Below, in pieces: positions 18,399 to 28,779 of a stretch of 64,000 nt of DNA; positions within the stretch are counted from its first letter, which is position 1; every line of letters starts with the position of its first letter. The stretch spans positions 512,001 to 576,000 of the forward strand of contig CAVRAG010000007.1 in NCBI GenBank assembly GCA_963718895.1, in the 5' to 3' direction. The position numbers and the translations under genes were made by a program. The notes below the pieces were generated by a model, which saw nothing but the letters and a program-made list of their open reading frames with translations, was not told the origin of the DNA and did not search any database. Origin of the DNA: an uncultured Nitrososphaerota archaeon. GTDB taxonomy: Archaea > Thermoproteota > Nitrososphaeria > Nitrososphaerales > Gagatemarchaeaceae.

Positions 18399-19322
18399 CT
18401 ATACCCGTCTCTGAAAGAACTGGGCTATCTTGGCTCCGGTCACAGAAATCGCCATCCTCTGCGCCTCAGTAGTCTGGCCACCGATGTGCGGCGTCGCGAT
18501 GAGATTGGGGGCGGCAAGTATCTCCGGGCCCGGCGGCTCCGTCTCGAAGACGTCGAGGGCGGCGCCTCCTATGGACCCGGCCGTGAGCGCCTGCGCGAGG
18601 GCGGGCTCCTCGATGACCTCTCCCCGGGACGTATTAATGAGAAAAGCCCCCTTCTTCATTAGAGAGAGGCGCCTCGAGTCCACGAGGTGGCGAGTCTCTG
18701 GTGAGAGCGGGACGTGCAGCGTCACAAAGTCGGATGAGGAGAAGAGCGTGTCGAGGTCGACCATAGTGCAGCCGATCGAAGACAGGACCTCTCTGCTGAT
18801 CTCGATGATATCGTAACCGAGCACGGACATGCCGAGCACCTTGGCCACCTCTCCGACCCGCCTCCCGATCCGGCCCATCCCGGCTATGCCGATCGTCCTC
18901 CCCCTGAGCTCGACCCCGACGAACTTCTCCTTCTCCCATCTCCCGGAGCGCGTGGAGGCGTCGGCCGCAGGAGTCTTCCGAGCGAGGGCGAGCATGAGGC
19001 CGACCACCTGCTCAGCCACGGCCTCGACGAGTGCCTCCGGGCTGTTGACGACCTCGATCCCCCTGGCGTTGGCCGCGCGCAGGTCGATGTTGTCGAGACC
19101 CGTTCCGGGGCGCGCTATGATCTTCAGCTTCGTGGCCCTGTCGATCACACCAGGGTCTATCTTGGTCCTGCTCCTGACGACGACGACGTCGTAGTTTGCT
19201 ACCAGGTCCAGCAGCTCCTCGTGGGTAATCTTGGGCACGTAGTCGACCTCGAAATCCTCCGAAAGAGCGAGTGCGGCCACATCGACCGTGTCGCAGACAA
19301 GGACTTTGCGGTTCGCCAACAA
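18399..19322 (-). CDS. D-2-hydroxyacid dehydrogenase (phosphoglycerate dehydrogenase-like, no ACT domain)
   Basis: GTGLDNID, GMGRIG, LHVPL, INTSRG, ALDVF, TPHIG. Confidence 0.9.
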   Translation of the reverse strand: MLANRKVLVCDTVDVAALALSEDFEVDYVPKITHEELLDLVANYDVVVVRSRTKIDPGVIDRATKLKIIARPGTGLDNIDLRAANARGIEVVNSPEALVEAVAEQVVGLMLALARKTPAADASTRSGRWEKEKFVGVELRGRTIGIAGMGRIGRRVGEVAKVLGMSVLGYDIIEISREVLSSIGCTMVDLDTLFSSSDFVTLHVPLSPETRHLVDSRRLSLMKKGAFLINTSRGEVIEEPALAQALTAGSIGGAALDVFETEPPGPEILAAPNLIATPHIGGQTTEAQRMAISVTGAKIAQFFQRRV

Positions 19323-19323
19323 C

Positions 19324-20589
19324 CTACCCTCTTGTTCGGGCGAGCGCCCGGCCTGCTGTTAAGGATATTGGAGACTTCTCCCTGTTAAAACTCGGCAGAT
19401 ATGGAGATTCGTGGTAGGCGAGGTCGTCGAGGGTCGCTCGAGAGGATACCGCGAGGGAGATGTACTCGGAGAGAGCGAGGGCTCCCTGACCCGCCATCTG
19501 GACGCCGTAGAGCCTCCTTGTGACCCGGTCATAGACGATGGACGTGTCGGGCCCGCCACCCTCGCCGTCTGTCTCGAACTCGACCGCGTCGAAGCCTACC
19601 TTCTTCGCTCCTTCTGCGTCGAGCCCGGCCGAGCAGAGTTCAACCCCGAAGAAGTCCAGAGTGAGACACCTGGACATCGAGACTCTCGCCATCCCGCCGG
19701 CCGCGTTTACCCCGGCGGTCTCTCCCATGGCGAGCGAAGAGGAATGGAGCCTCGAGGGGAGGGAACCCGAGCCGCATCTTAACTCCGCGCAGTCGCCGGC
19801 GGCGTAGACGGCCTCGCACGAAGTTCTCATCGACTCGTCGACCAACACTCCGCCGTGGTCCCCCTTGGCGCAATCCAGGGCGGGGACGCAGGGGAAGCTC
19901 CGCGGGAGTATCACGACCCCGTCGCACGGGTGCACCACTCCGCCCGACATCACGGCCTCCGCCCTATCCACCCCGACTATCGTGTCCACCCTTTCGTAGA
20001 GCAGGCTGACCCCGCGGGAGGCCGCGGGGTCGGACATCGCGTCGAGAGCGCGTCTCGCGAACCTCGAAAGGTTCCCATCACCTATGAAGACGGACACGCG
20101 TGAGGTGCGAGACATGGCCTGTGCGAAGGTCAGCGAGACTGTGAGTGGACCGACCAAGGCGACGCGCGAGAGCCCGCCCAGAGCTCTGGAGAGGGCTAGG
20201 TAGTCCTCGAGAGACCTCATGGCAAAGACGCCCTGCTTTGAAGCCCCGCGCAGGTCGTCGAACACCTGCAGGGAGCCCGAGCAGAGCACCGCGCTGTCGA
20301 ATTCGATGCGGCCTCTCGGGGTGCGGGCGGTTCCGGCCGCGGCATCGACCGACAACACCGGTTCGCTCAGCCGGACCTCGATCCCGAATCGAGAGTTGAG
20401 CTCGCGGGGGTCAGCCAGGCTCAGCTCGGCGGCGGGAACCTCGCCAGAAATGAGGAGAGGGAGGAGGCTCTTGTTGGTGGCAAGGTGCTCGGAGCCCTCC
20501 GCGACGAGAACTTCGGCGCCCATCAGGCTCGCCGAGATGGCCGCGGTGACGCCTGCGACCCCGCCACCTGCGACGAGTACCCTGTTCAT
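19324..20589 (-). CDS. FAD-dependent oxidoreductase, NADH oxidase/CoA-disulfide reductase-like but degenerate
   Basis: GGGVAG, VYAAGDCAE, C-terminal YLPSF..EKSPI dimerisation domain. Confidence 0.7.
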   Translation of the reverse strand: MNRVLVAGGGVAGVTAAISASLMGAEVLVAEGSEHLATNKSLLPLLISGEVPAAELSLADPRELNSRFGIEVRLSEPVLSVDAAAGTARTPRGRIEFDSAVLCSGSLQVFDDLRGASKQGVFAMRSLEDYLALSRALGGLSRVALVGPLTVSLTFAQAMSRTSRVSVFIGDGNLSRFARRALDAMSDPAASRGVSLLYERVDTIVGVDRAEAVMSGGVVHPCDGVVILPRSFPCVPALDCAKGDHGGVLVDESMRTSCEAVYAAGDCAELRCGSGSLPSRLHSSSLAMGETAGVNAAGGMARVSMSRCLTLDFFGVELCSAGLDAEGAKKVGFDAVEFETDGEGGGPDTSIVYDRVTRRLYGVQMAGQGALALSEYISLAVSSRATLDDLAYHESPYLPSFNREKSPISLTAGRALARTRG

Positions 20590-20739
20590 TGTGGGGAGGG
20601 CGGGCCCCGAGGGCTATAGAGATGCACGCGTCCCCATCGGAGCGTGGAGGAGAGAGCTGAACGAAACTGCGGCGGGCGCTCCACGAGACCCCACCCATCC
20701 GAAGACTTCTTTACGGTCCGCCAGACGGACCGCCCCGTA

Positions 20740-21942
20740 TTGCTAGTTGGAATCGTAGGGAAACCAAACGTGGGCAAGTCGACCTTTTTCTCGGCTGCGA
20801 CGCTGAAGAACGTCCCGATCGCCGACTATCCGTTCACGACGATAAACCCGAATCTCGGGATGGGTTACCTAAGGACGAAGTGCGTCTGCAAGGAGATGGG
20901 GGTCACCGACACCCCCAAGAACTCGGTCTGCAGCGACGGCGTCAGGCTGATCCCGGTCAAGCTGGTCGACGTCGCCGGCCTCGTCTCTGGCGCCGCCGCG
21001 GGGAGGGGCAGGGGGAACCAGTTCCTGGACGAACTGAGGCAGGCCGACGCCCTCATCCACGTGGTTGACGCTTCCGGGGGGACGGACGAGGAGGGGAGGA
21101 AGGTCGAGGTGGGGAGCAACGATCCCGTCGAGGACGTCCGGATGGTCGAGAACGAGCTCGACCTCTGGGTCCTCGGAATCATCGGCAAGGACTGGGAGAA
21201 GTCGGCCAGGCTGGCCGAACAGACCGGCTCGAGCATAGTCGCGCACCTGGCCCAGAGGTTGTCTGGGCTGGGCATCGACGAGGAGGGGATCGAAGGAGCC
21301 ATCCTGCATCTCAAACTGAAGCCGGAGAAGCCGGCCGGATGGACAGAGGGAGATCTGATGAACCTCGTGAAGGCCTTTCGGGAGACGAACAAGCCCAGCC
21401 TGATCGCGGCCAACAAGTCGGACCTCCAGGGGGCCCAGGAAAGGATCGAAGGACTGCGGGGGACCGGGAAGACCGTCGTCCCGTGCGCGGCCGAGGCCGA
21501 GCTCCTGCTAAGGAGGGCCTCAGAACACGGCCTGATTAGGTACACCCCCGGGGACAGCTCCTTCGAGGTCGTCAAGCCGGACCTCACCCCTCAGCAGATG
21601 AGGGCATTACAGCTAGTCAAGGAGAGGATCTTGGACATCTACGGATCGACCGGCGTGCAGCAGACGATCGACCAGGCTTACTTCGGCCTCCTGAAGGCCA
21701 TCGTCGCCTATCCCGTCGAGGACGAGACCAGGCTCGCAGACAAGAACGGAAACGTGCTCCCCGACGCGCACGTGATGAGAGGGGGTTCCACGGCACTCGA
21801 CCTCGCAAGGAGGATCCACACCGACCTCGCAAAGGGGTTCCTCTACGCCGTGGACGCGAGGACGGGGATGAGGGTCTCGGCAGACTATGTGCTGAAGAAC
21901 GGGGACATTCTGAAGATAGTCTCAGGCAGCAGGCGCGGCTAG
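20740..21942 (+). CDS. ychF: OBG-family GTPase/ATPase (YchF/Ygr210-type) with TGS domain
   Basis: GKPNVGKST, YPFTTI, DVAGL, GRGNQFL, ANKSD, IHTDL. Confidence 0.92.
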   Translation: MLVGIVGKPNVGKSTFFSAATLKNVPIADYPFTTINPNLGMGYLRTKCVCKEMGVTDTPKNSVCSDGVRLIPVKLVDVAGLVSGAAAGRGRGNQFLDELRQADALIHVVDASGGTDEEGRKVEVGSNDPVEDVRMVENELDLWVLGIIGKDWEKSARLAEQTGSSIVAHLAQRLSGLGIDEEGIEGAILHLKLKPEKPAGWTEGDLMNLVKAFRETNKPSLIAANKSDLQGAQERIEGLRGTGKTVVPCAAEAELLLRRASEHGLIRYTPGDSSFEVVKPDLTPQQMRALQLVKERILDIYGSTGVQQTIDQAYFGLLKAIVAYPVEDETRLADKNGNVLPDAHVMRGGSTALDLARRIHTDLAKGFLYAVDARTGMRVSADYVLKNGDILKIVSGSRRG

Positions 21943-22560
21943 GACCTCGGGCGCCGGAGCCGCGGGGACCGCCGCAGGCTTGCTCACGAGCTTCGTCTTT
22001 CGGACTCCCACGTGCCTGAGCCTTGTGACCTTCTTGGCTTCGTTGTAGACGTCGGACGCGACCTTCTGGAGGACAGTCTCCTGGACGAACTGGTCGTAGG
22101 TCAGGGAAGCCGCCCTCTCCGCGATGGTCCTGTCCATGACCGCCCTGATCCCGTGCTTCTTGGACGAGTTCATCCTTCCCTGGGACAGGGCGATGCAGTA
22201 GACCCGGACGACGTACCCGTCCTTGGTCGTGTAGTCCTTGATGAAGTCAGACATGGAAGAGCCCCGCCTCATGAGGCTCCTGAGATACTCCCTGGAGTAC
22301 TCGTGGCCCTTGAGGACCGTGTAGGCGGTGTCGCCCTCCACCCTGTCAATCTGGAAGTAGAGCTTGAAGCTGTAGTGCTGGGGGTCCTGCTTCAGGATGT
22401 CGTAGAGCGTCGTCTCCACGACCCGTCCTCCCGGGTTCTCGACGTCGCTCAGCGGGACCCGCCCGATGGGAGCGTTGCCGAAGGACGGCGAAGCGAGCAC
22501 CGTGACCCATTGCTTCGCCTTCCACTTGTCCTTTACCTTACCCGCTCCTTTCTTTACCAA
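21922..22560 (-). CDS. rps3ae: 30S ribosomal protein S3Ae
   Basis: KDKWKAKQW, GRVVETTL, YLRSLMRRGSS, TKDGY; TTG start inferred. Confidence 0.95.
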   Translation of the reverse strand: MVKKGAGKVKDKWKAKQWVTVLASPSFGNAPIGRVPLSDVENPGGRVVETTLYDILKQDPQHYSFKLYFQIDRVEGDTAYTVLKGHEYSREYLRSLMRRGSSMSDFIKDYTTKDGYVVRVYCIALSQGRMNSSKKHGIRAVMDRTIAERAASLTYDQFVQETVLQKVASDVYNEAKKVTRLRHVGVRKTKLVSKPAAVPAAPAPEVLAAPAA

Positions 22561-22604
22561 GCTAGGAAGCGCCCCCCGATTCTCCCGCCTTAAAAACTCA
22601 GCCT

Positions 22605-23879
22605 TTACCCGATCCTCTCCTTGCCCCCCATGTAGGGGACGAGAGGTTCTGGTATGACGATCGAACCGTCGGCCTGCTGGAAATTCTCGACGACCGCCAC
22701 GAGCGCCCTCGTGGTCACCGCGGTGGAGTTGAGGATGTGGACCAGGCGTGGGTCGGCCCCCGGCTTCTCCCTGTAGCGTATCATGAGCCGGCGGGCCTGA
22801 TAGTCGGTCGTGTTGCTGCAGGAGACCATCTCCCTGAACTTCTGCTGGGCCGGCATCCAAGCCTCCAGGTCGTACTTCTTCGCGGCCACGGTCCCCATGT
22901 CGCCGGTGCAGACGTTCACGACGCGGTAGTGCAGACCCAGGCTTTGGTATATCGCCTCGGCGTTCGAGATCAGCTGCTCGTGGATAGTCCAGCTCTCCTC
23001 GGGCCTCGAGAAGACGATCTGCTCGACCTTGTAGAACTGGTGCGTCCTGAAGATCCCCTTCGTGTCCTTTCCGTGCGCTCCGGCCTCCACCCTGAAGTTC
23101 GGGCTGAAGCCGCAGTACCTCAGGGGGAGTGAGCCTCCGTCGAGAATCTCGTCCATATGCATCGAGACGAGGGGGTGCTCGGACGTCGCGATCAGGTAGA
23201 GGTCCTCGCCTTCGACCTTGTAGATCACCGGCCCGAAGTCGTTCAGATCGACCACGCCCTGGTAGGCCTCCCTCTTCATCATCAACGGGGGCTCGACGGG
23301 AGTGAACCCCTTCCGCACCAGCGTGTCGACCGCGAAACGCATAATCGATTGCTCCAGGAGCACCGCGTCCCCCTTCAGGAAGAAGAAACGGGCGCCGGCC
23401 ACCTTGGCGGCCCGCTCCATGTCTACCAGCCCCAGGGCCGTGAGGATATCGATGTGGTCGCGCAGCGGGAAATCTGCCGACCTCGGTGCGCCGAACGTGC
23501 GCACGGTTACGTTCCCGCTGTCGTCTGGACCGACGGGGACGGACTCATCGAGGATATTCGGCAGCCCCATGAGGATCTCCCGGACCCTCCCCTGGGCCCC
23601 ATCCGCCTTCGTGTCAAGCTCCTTGATCCGCTGGGGGATCCCCTTGACCTCGCTTAGCTTCTCTGCGGTGTCAGCCCCGGACCGCTTCAGGGCGGCTATC
23701 TCGGCCGTGAGCTGGTTCTGCCTGTGCCTCGCGTCGTCGACCTCCTTCTTGAGGAGCCGCCATTCGCGGTCGAGGGCGACGGCCTCGTCCACCAGGGGAA
23801 GCTTGTCGTCCCATCCCCTTCTGCGCAGGTCGTGCCGTATGACGTCCGGGGCATCCCGGACCAGTTTCACGTCGAGCAT
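22605..23879 (-). CDS. serS: Serine-tRNA ligase
   Basis: MLDVKLVR, LIATSEHP, FRVEAGAHGKDTKGIFRTHQF, EMVSCSN. Confidence 0.97.
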   Translation of the reverse strand: MLDVKLVRDAPDVIRHDLRRRGWDDKLPLVDEAVALDREWRLLKKEVDDARHRQNQLTAEIAALKRSGADTAEKLSEVKGIPQRIKELDTKADGAQGRVREILMGLPNILDESVPVGPDDSGNVTVRTFGAPRSADFPLRDHIDILTALGLVDMERAAKVAGARFFFLKGDAVLLEQSIMRFAVDTLVRKGFTPVEPPLMMKREAYQGVVDLNDFGPVIYKVEGEDLYLIATSEHPLVSMHMDEILDGGSLPLRYCGFSPNFRVEAGAHGKDTKGIFRTHQFYKVEQIVFSRPEESWTIHEQLISNAEAIYQSLGLHYRVVNVCTGDMGTVAAKKYDLEAWMPAQQKFREMVSCSNTTDYQARRLMIRYREKPGADPRLVHILNSTAVTTRALVAVVENFQQADGSIVIPEPLVPYMGGKERIG

Positions 23880-23913
23880 TGTACAGCACACCCCGGAGAA
23901 GCCCTGGAGATAA

Positions 23914-24156
23914 TCATGACGCCACCGACCAGACCTCTTCGAAGAGTTGGGCATCCGAGAGCAGGCTCTGGGCAGAAGCGATGCAGCTGGAAGGGCGCCC
24001 CGAGTCTATCCTGAAGACAAGGACTCTGCCTACCCTGCTTGACGAGAGCCGCTGGTCCCTGGGTAGCCGGTGGTTATCCGGGTCCAACGCCGCTTCCAGC
24101 GAGGCAGCCTCGTTCTCCCCGAGGCATTCGATCGTGATCTCGACCGTGAGGGTCAA
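23914..24156 (-). CDS. pcc1: KEOPS complex subunit Pcc1
   Basis: ALDPDN motif, 80 aa, expected position in the rps15-DHH-pcc1-rps3ae neighbourhood; reads as fused to DHH in this sequence. Confidence 0.75.
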   Translation of the reverse strand: MTLTVEITIECLGENEAASLEAALDPDNHRLPRDQRLSSSRVGRVLVFRIDSGRPSSCIASAQSLLSDAQLFEEVWSVAS

Positions 24157-25560
24157 CCCGAGACGCCTCTTGAGGACGGCCCTCGTGAACTCGTCCCTCT
24201 TTGCCATCGGAATCTTCGCGCCCGCCGCCATGCTATGGCCACCGCCCACGCCTCCGACGAGCTCCGCCGCCTGCTGCATTATGAGGCCCAGGTTGACCTC
24301 CTTGGGGAAGGAGTCTCCGAGCCTTGAGGAGAACTTCAGCTCTGTCTCTCCCGAGCGGGCTCGGACGAGGACCATCTTGTCCTTGTACCTCTCGGAGGAC
24401 GCCAGGAGAGACGATATCGAGCCGGTCATCCTCTCCTCGATGAACTCATCGCCCACTACGACTGCGACGTCCCCCTGGGTCGAGACCCTCTCACCCGGGG
24501 TCTGAAGGATCTGGAGCGCCTTGCCGATCTTGACCCGGTACTCACCTGTCAGCCTGAGGGACTCTGAGAGCGCCCCATCCCTGTCTCCCAGGGCGATGGC
24601 GATGCCGACATCCGTCGCGTCCATCCTGCCACAGGCGTTGATGAGCGTCGCGAACTCTCTGGCGTCGTGAAGTGGGGTCAGCGAGTCCTCGTCGCGCAGC
24701 GAGTACACCTCGCCTATCATCTCCGCGATGAGCGCCGAGCCGCCCCCGTCCACGCTGACGAAGCTCGTAAGGACCTCAAGCAGCTTCTGCTTCTCCTCTT
24801 CTGAGAGCTCGGCGAGGTTGCGCCACCTCCCGTGCTCCTTCAGGATGAAGCCGGAGTTCGAGAGGGCCGAGAGGCACGCGTCCTTGGCCCCGGAGAGGCC
24901 GGGGATGTACGGGGTATATGTCATGGCGATCGCCTCGTGAATAGGGCGCGTCTCCCGCCCGTGGAACAGGAAGTCCTTCGAGACCGTGATGAGGCCCTTC
25001 TCCTGTGCGTCCTGCAGAACCGCCCTGTTGAGACCCGCCAGCGACCGGCCCGGACCGTTGTCCTGACGGTCCCCGAGCGCGCCGATGATCGCGATAGGCG
25101 ACAGATCCTTGTTCTCTTCGTCCAGGGAGAGAGCCAGGAAATAGGCCATGGTCGAGGAGCTGGCATCGATTCCGCCGTCGTAGCCGAACCCCCAGGCGTT
25201 CATCACGTTCGGATGGCCGTAGCTCTCGGGGGGCAGCTGATGATGGTCGACGACGAGGAAGTTGGCCCCGAAGGCGGTCGTCAACTGACCGATGAGCCCG
25301 GATCCGAGGTCGGTGAAGAGGTAGAAGTCGAACCTGTCGTTCTTTAGGGCGTCTATCGCCCTCCCATCCAGGTCTGGCAGGGCCCTCACCGAGGCGATAG
25401 CTCCGATCCTCTCGAGAGCCTGAAAGGCAATCGATCCGCTGGAGAGGCCGTCCGCGTCAATGTGGGTGACGACGAGTATCCGCTTCCTCTCCTTGGACAG
25501 GCGCGACAGGAGCTTCGAGGCCTCCGATGCCCTCGCCGTGAGCGCCTCGAGGTCGGGCAT
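24153..25560 (-). CDS. RecJ/GAN-like DHH phosphoesterase
   Basis: HIDADG, TDLGSG, VDHH, GALGDRQ, GGGHSMAAGA (DHHA1); 3' end inferred. Confidence 0.9.
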
Positions 25561-25579
25561 ACCTGATGCCAGGCCTCCC

Positions 25580-26029
25580 CTAGGTCAGTTGAGCTACAAC
25601 CGCTGCGTACTTGAAGTCGGCGGGGATGGCTCCCACTTTCTTGTAGTGCTTGGAGAGCCGATAGATCTTGGCCTCTATTAGCTCCAGGGAGCGGACGTTC
25701 CTTCTGTCCGATTTGAAGGTGGCAAGATGAAGCTGGACGCGCTTCGCCCTCTCCAGAAGGTTCTGAAGGTCCTCGGGGATCGCTGGCGCGAGCTTGTTCT
25801 CCTTCAAGAGAGTCGAGATCGACTTGCCGATGATAGGTTTGACCAGCGGGATGCCGTATTCGTCCCTCAGCCTGACACCAATCTGACTCGGTGTGAGGCC
25901 TTCCTTTCCCATCTTTATCGTCATCGAGCTTACCTCGTCGGCACTATAGGTGAGCCAGCTCGGAGGCCTCTTGCTCGTGGGCCTGGTCTGGTGGCTCTTG
26001 CCGTGCCGATGGGAATGAATTCTTGCCAA
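25580..26029 (-). CDS. rps15: 30S ribosomal protein S15 (uS15)
   Basis: MARIHSHRHGKS, PSQIGVRLRD, IPEDL, IEAKIYRLSKHY. Confidence 0.97.
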   Translation of the reverse strand: MARIHSHRHGKSHQTRPTSKRPPSWLTYSADEVSSMTIKMGKEGLTPSQIGVRLRDEYGIPLVKPIIGKSISTLLKENKLAPAIPEDLQNLLERAKRVQLHLATFKSDRRNVRSLELIEAKIYRLSKHYKKVGAIPADFKYAAVVAQLT

Positions 26030-26062
26030 TCCTAAACAGCCGCGACTCCGAAGCCGGCCTGT

Positions 26063-26649
26063 TTAAAACAGTTGCCCAGTCTCTGAGCCGGCGTACCACC
26101 CGGCGAACTTCCTGAGAGCCTCTCCCCTGTGGGATACAGCACACTTCTCCTCCAGGGTCAGCTCTCCCATCGACTTCCTCCCCCTGAGGGCACGAAGACT
26201 GGGTCGAAACCGAAGCCGTTCTCGCCCGAGGGCGACCTCGAGATCCGCCCGGTCACGGTGCCTTCGAAGACGCGGGGTTCTCCCTTCGGTTCGCAGAAGG
26301 CGACCGCGCTCCTGAAGCAGGCACGCCTCGATCTCGCTCGCTGCAGGAGCGATAGGAGCCCGGCGATCCCCACGGTCTTGAACACGTAGGAAGAGGACGG
26401 GCCTGGGAAACCGTGCAGCGCGTCGACGAACAGCCCCGCGTCCTCAACGATCAGGGGCCTCTGGTACCTTCGGGAGGCGGCCCTGGCCGAAAAGGCGGCG
26501 ACCTCGGAGACCGTTTCAGCCTGTATCTCCACGCCCTTCCCGTCAAACGGCCTCACCTCTATCCTAGAGGGAGAGAGTATGATGCGGGCCTCCGCGATCT
26601 TCCCCCGGTTGGATGTGGCGAAGGATATCTGTCTACTCGAGTCTGGCAT
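26063..26649 (-). CDS. rdgB: Non-canonical purine NTP pyrophosphatase (RdgB/HAM1); frameshift near 26182
   Basis: ATSNRGK, VEDAGL, GFPGP, GFGFDPVF; adding one G to a G5 run restores ...EEKCAVSHRGEALRKF to TAA at 26063. Confidence 0.92.
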
Positions 26650-27262
26650 AACGTCCCCTCCTCTCGATCTCGACGAGCTTCTTGGCGACGGCTCGGGCCC
26701 TGGCCTCGCCGACCTCGCTGGCGTAGCCCCCCATGAAGGAAGACATCACCATAGCGGCTATCCCGGAGTGGGCGCCGGCCAGAGTCTCCTTGATTAGCCT
26801 GAGGTCAACCGCATGATCCTCCAACTTGACGGAGTGTGAGGAGAGCCCGAAGTCTATCAGCCGGATGCCGCCCAGGTCTATGAGAACATTGGAAGTGGTC
26901 AGGTCGCCGTGCATGATCCCGCCGCGATGGAGCATCCCGACGGCGGCCCCGAAATCGGACGAGACTCTCGCGGCGTCGGTCTCGGGCGACTCCAAGAGCG
27001 ACTTGAGCCTAGGTCCCTCGACCTCTTCCATCACGATCAGCGACTCGGGTTGAGAGACATAGTAGAGGTAGGGGGCGTTCACGCCTACGGCCTTGGCGTC
27101 GTGGAGGATTTCGGCCTCGTGCACGGTGCGCTGGGCCCTTATCTCAGCGTCGAGCTCCGGGTGCCTGTACGGGAGTGGCTTCCTGAACTTGAAGATTGCC
27201 CTCTCTCCCGCCCATTCGTCCGAGAAGATGTCCGCTTCCGCGCCGCGGTAGACCAGTTTCAA
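26633..27262 (-). CDS. bud32: KEOPS kinase Bud32
   Basis: GAEA, YRHPELD, HGDLTTSN, IDFGL, AVDL, RRGRY. Confidence 0.95.
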   Translation of the reverse strand: MKLVYRGAEADIFSDEWAGERAIFKFRKPLPYRHPELDAEIRAQRTVHEAEILHDAKAVGVNAPYLYYVSQPESLIVMEEVEGPRLKSLLESPETDAARVSSDFGAAVGMLHRGGIMHGDLTTSNVLIDLGGIRLIDFGLSSHSVKLEDHAVDLRLIKETLAGAHSGIAAMVMSSFMGGYASEVGEARARAVAKKLVEIERRGRYARLE

Positions 27263-28263
27263 GCGCCCGCCCTCCAGGGGAGCGGTACTGTGTCCAATCT
27301 CCACGACTGTCTTGTCACGCTGTTCTCGACAGGCACGGTGACGCCCGCCCTGAAGGCGAGGAGACCTGTCCACGCGATCTGCGCGCCGCAGTCGCCGCTG
27401 TAGCGAAGGGGCACGACGGAGAGCCTTGCGGAATGCCTCTCGACCATCACGTTTAGCATCTCCGAGAGCCTTTTGTTGGCGGCGACCCCTCCCACCACCA
27501 TGACCTCCTTGCTCCCGGTGAAGGCGAGCGCCCTCTCCGTGACCTCCACAGTGGTCGCGAAGGCACTCTCCTGCACAGAGAAGCAGACGTCCTCGAAGGG
27601 CTCGCCAAGGTCGACCAGTCGCTTCGCCGCCGTGACCAGTCCCGAAAAGGAGACGTCGTTGCCCTTCACGGTGTAGGGGAGCCTGATGTACCTGTGCGAA
27701 CGGGAGGCGGCCTCCTCTATCCGTCTTCCGCACGGCGAGGAGTAGCCGTGGTGTCGACCGAGCTGGTCGAGCAACTGTCCGAGCGTGAGGTCGAGCGTCT
27801 CGCCGAGCACGCGCCACATCCCCGCTGAGCACGATATCACCATCGTGTGCCCCCCTGAGATTAGGAGGACCAGGGGCGAGACGGCGCCAGTCAGCATACA
27901 GCCGAGTTCGATGTGACCGATGGCGTGGTTCACTGGGACGAGTGGTTTGTTGATGGCGAGGGCCATCGTGCGCGCCGAGACCGCTCCCACCCTTAGGCAA
28001 GGACCCAGGCCGGGGCCCATCGCGTAGGCAACGGCGTCCAGGTCCCCCGCCTCAAGACCGGACTCGGCCAGGGCAGACCCGACTATCCCAGCGGCCACAG
28101 CCTTGTGGTGGTTGGCGGCCTCGGTCGGATGGATGCCGGAGCCTTCAGGCGGCACGTAGACGTCCTTGACGTCGCTGAGGAGCCTCTCCTTCTCGGTGAC
28201 GACCGACGCAGAGAAAGTGTGGGCCGTGCTCTCGATCCCGAGGACGCAGAGGTTTCCCCTCAC
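27259..28263 (-). CDS. kae1: tRNA threonylcarbamoyltransferase Kae1
   Basis: GIESTAHT, GPGLGPCL, VNHAIGHIE, SGGHT, GETLD, VGGVAAN. Confidence 0.97.
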   Translation of the reverse strand: MRGNLCVLGIESTAHTFSASVVTEKERLLSDVKDVYVPPEGSGIHPTEAANHHKAVAAGIVGSALAESGLEAGDLDAVAYAMGPGLGPCLRVGAVSARTMALAINKPLVPVNHAIGHIELGCMLTGAVSPLVLLISGGHTMVISCSAGMWRVLGETLDLTLGQLLDQLGRHHGYSSPCGRRIEEAASRSHRYIRLPYTVKGNDVSFSGLVTAAKRLVDLGEPFEDVCFSVQESAFATTVEVTERALAFTGSKEVMVVGGVAANKRLSEMLNVMVERHSARLSVVPLRYSGDCGAQIAWTGLLAFRAGVTVPVENSVTRQSWRLDTVPLPWRAGA

Positions 28264-28344
28264 GGTTGAATCCTCTCGGCCAGCTCACCGGAGTGCTGAT
28301 AAAGTTATCAACGGAGCCGTCGGCTCCGCTGGGAGAATTGCTTC

Positions 28345-28776
28345 ATGCAGAGAGAAATCCAGGCCCTCGAGATCTCTTGTTTCGTCCAGGCCACCGAGGA
28401 CGAAGGGAAGGTACGCGACGCGATCCTAGGAGCCCTGGGCATCCAGCAGGAACCCGAGATAGCGGACCTGGAGGGGCACTTTGGAAACCGCATCATCGAT
28501 CTCCAGTGGCACCTCACCGGGGAACAGGCCTGGGCGTCGTTTCGGGCGCTGACTTCGCTCCTTGGAGAGACGGGGAGGAGGGAGATCCTCAGAGAACTCG
28601 ACACATACCTTGACAAACACGGAGCTCTCTACATCCGGTTGAACAAGCAGATCCTCATCAGCGGGATGGCCTTCCTTTCGCCGAGCGACCCGGTCAGGGT
28701 CAGGGTCAAGCCCAGGCACTTCATGATGAAGGGATCGACCCGGACAGTTCTACGAGAGTCTCATGGGGGCCTCTGA
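28345..28776 (+). CDS. Predicted RNA-binding protein (COG1325-like, exosome/RNase P neighbourhood)
   Basis: ATEDEGKV, EGHFGNRI, LYIRLNKQ; a frameshift near 28738 may alter the C-terminus. Confidence 0.8.
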   Translation: MQREIQALEISCFVQATEDEGKVRDAILGALGIQQEPEIADLEGHFGNRIIDLQWHLTGEQAWASFRALTSLLGETGRREILRELDTYLDKHGALYIRLNKQILISGMAFLSPSDPVRVRVKPRHFMMKGSTRTVLRESHGGL

Positions 28777-28779
28777 CCG

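Noticed and set aside
20590-20740. Structured spacer (CGTGGAG/CTCCACG, CTGAACGAAAC) suggesting a ribozyme or guide RNA
   Set aside because: The hammerhead core and C/D boxes are incomplete; short stems are expected by chance at this GC content.
23914-25560. Apparent RecJ/DHH-Pcc1 fusion protein (548 aa)
   Set aside because: Removing one base near 24170 gives a DHH stop (TGA) overlapping the pcc1 TTG start, the usual coupled arrangement; with the indel background an artefact is more likely.
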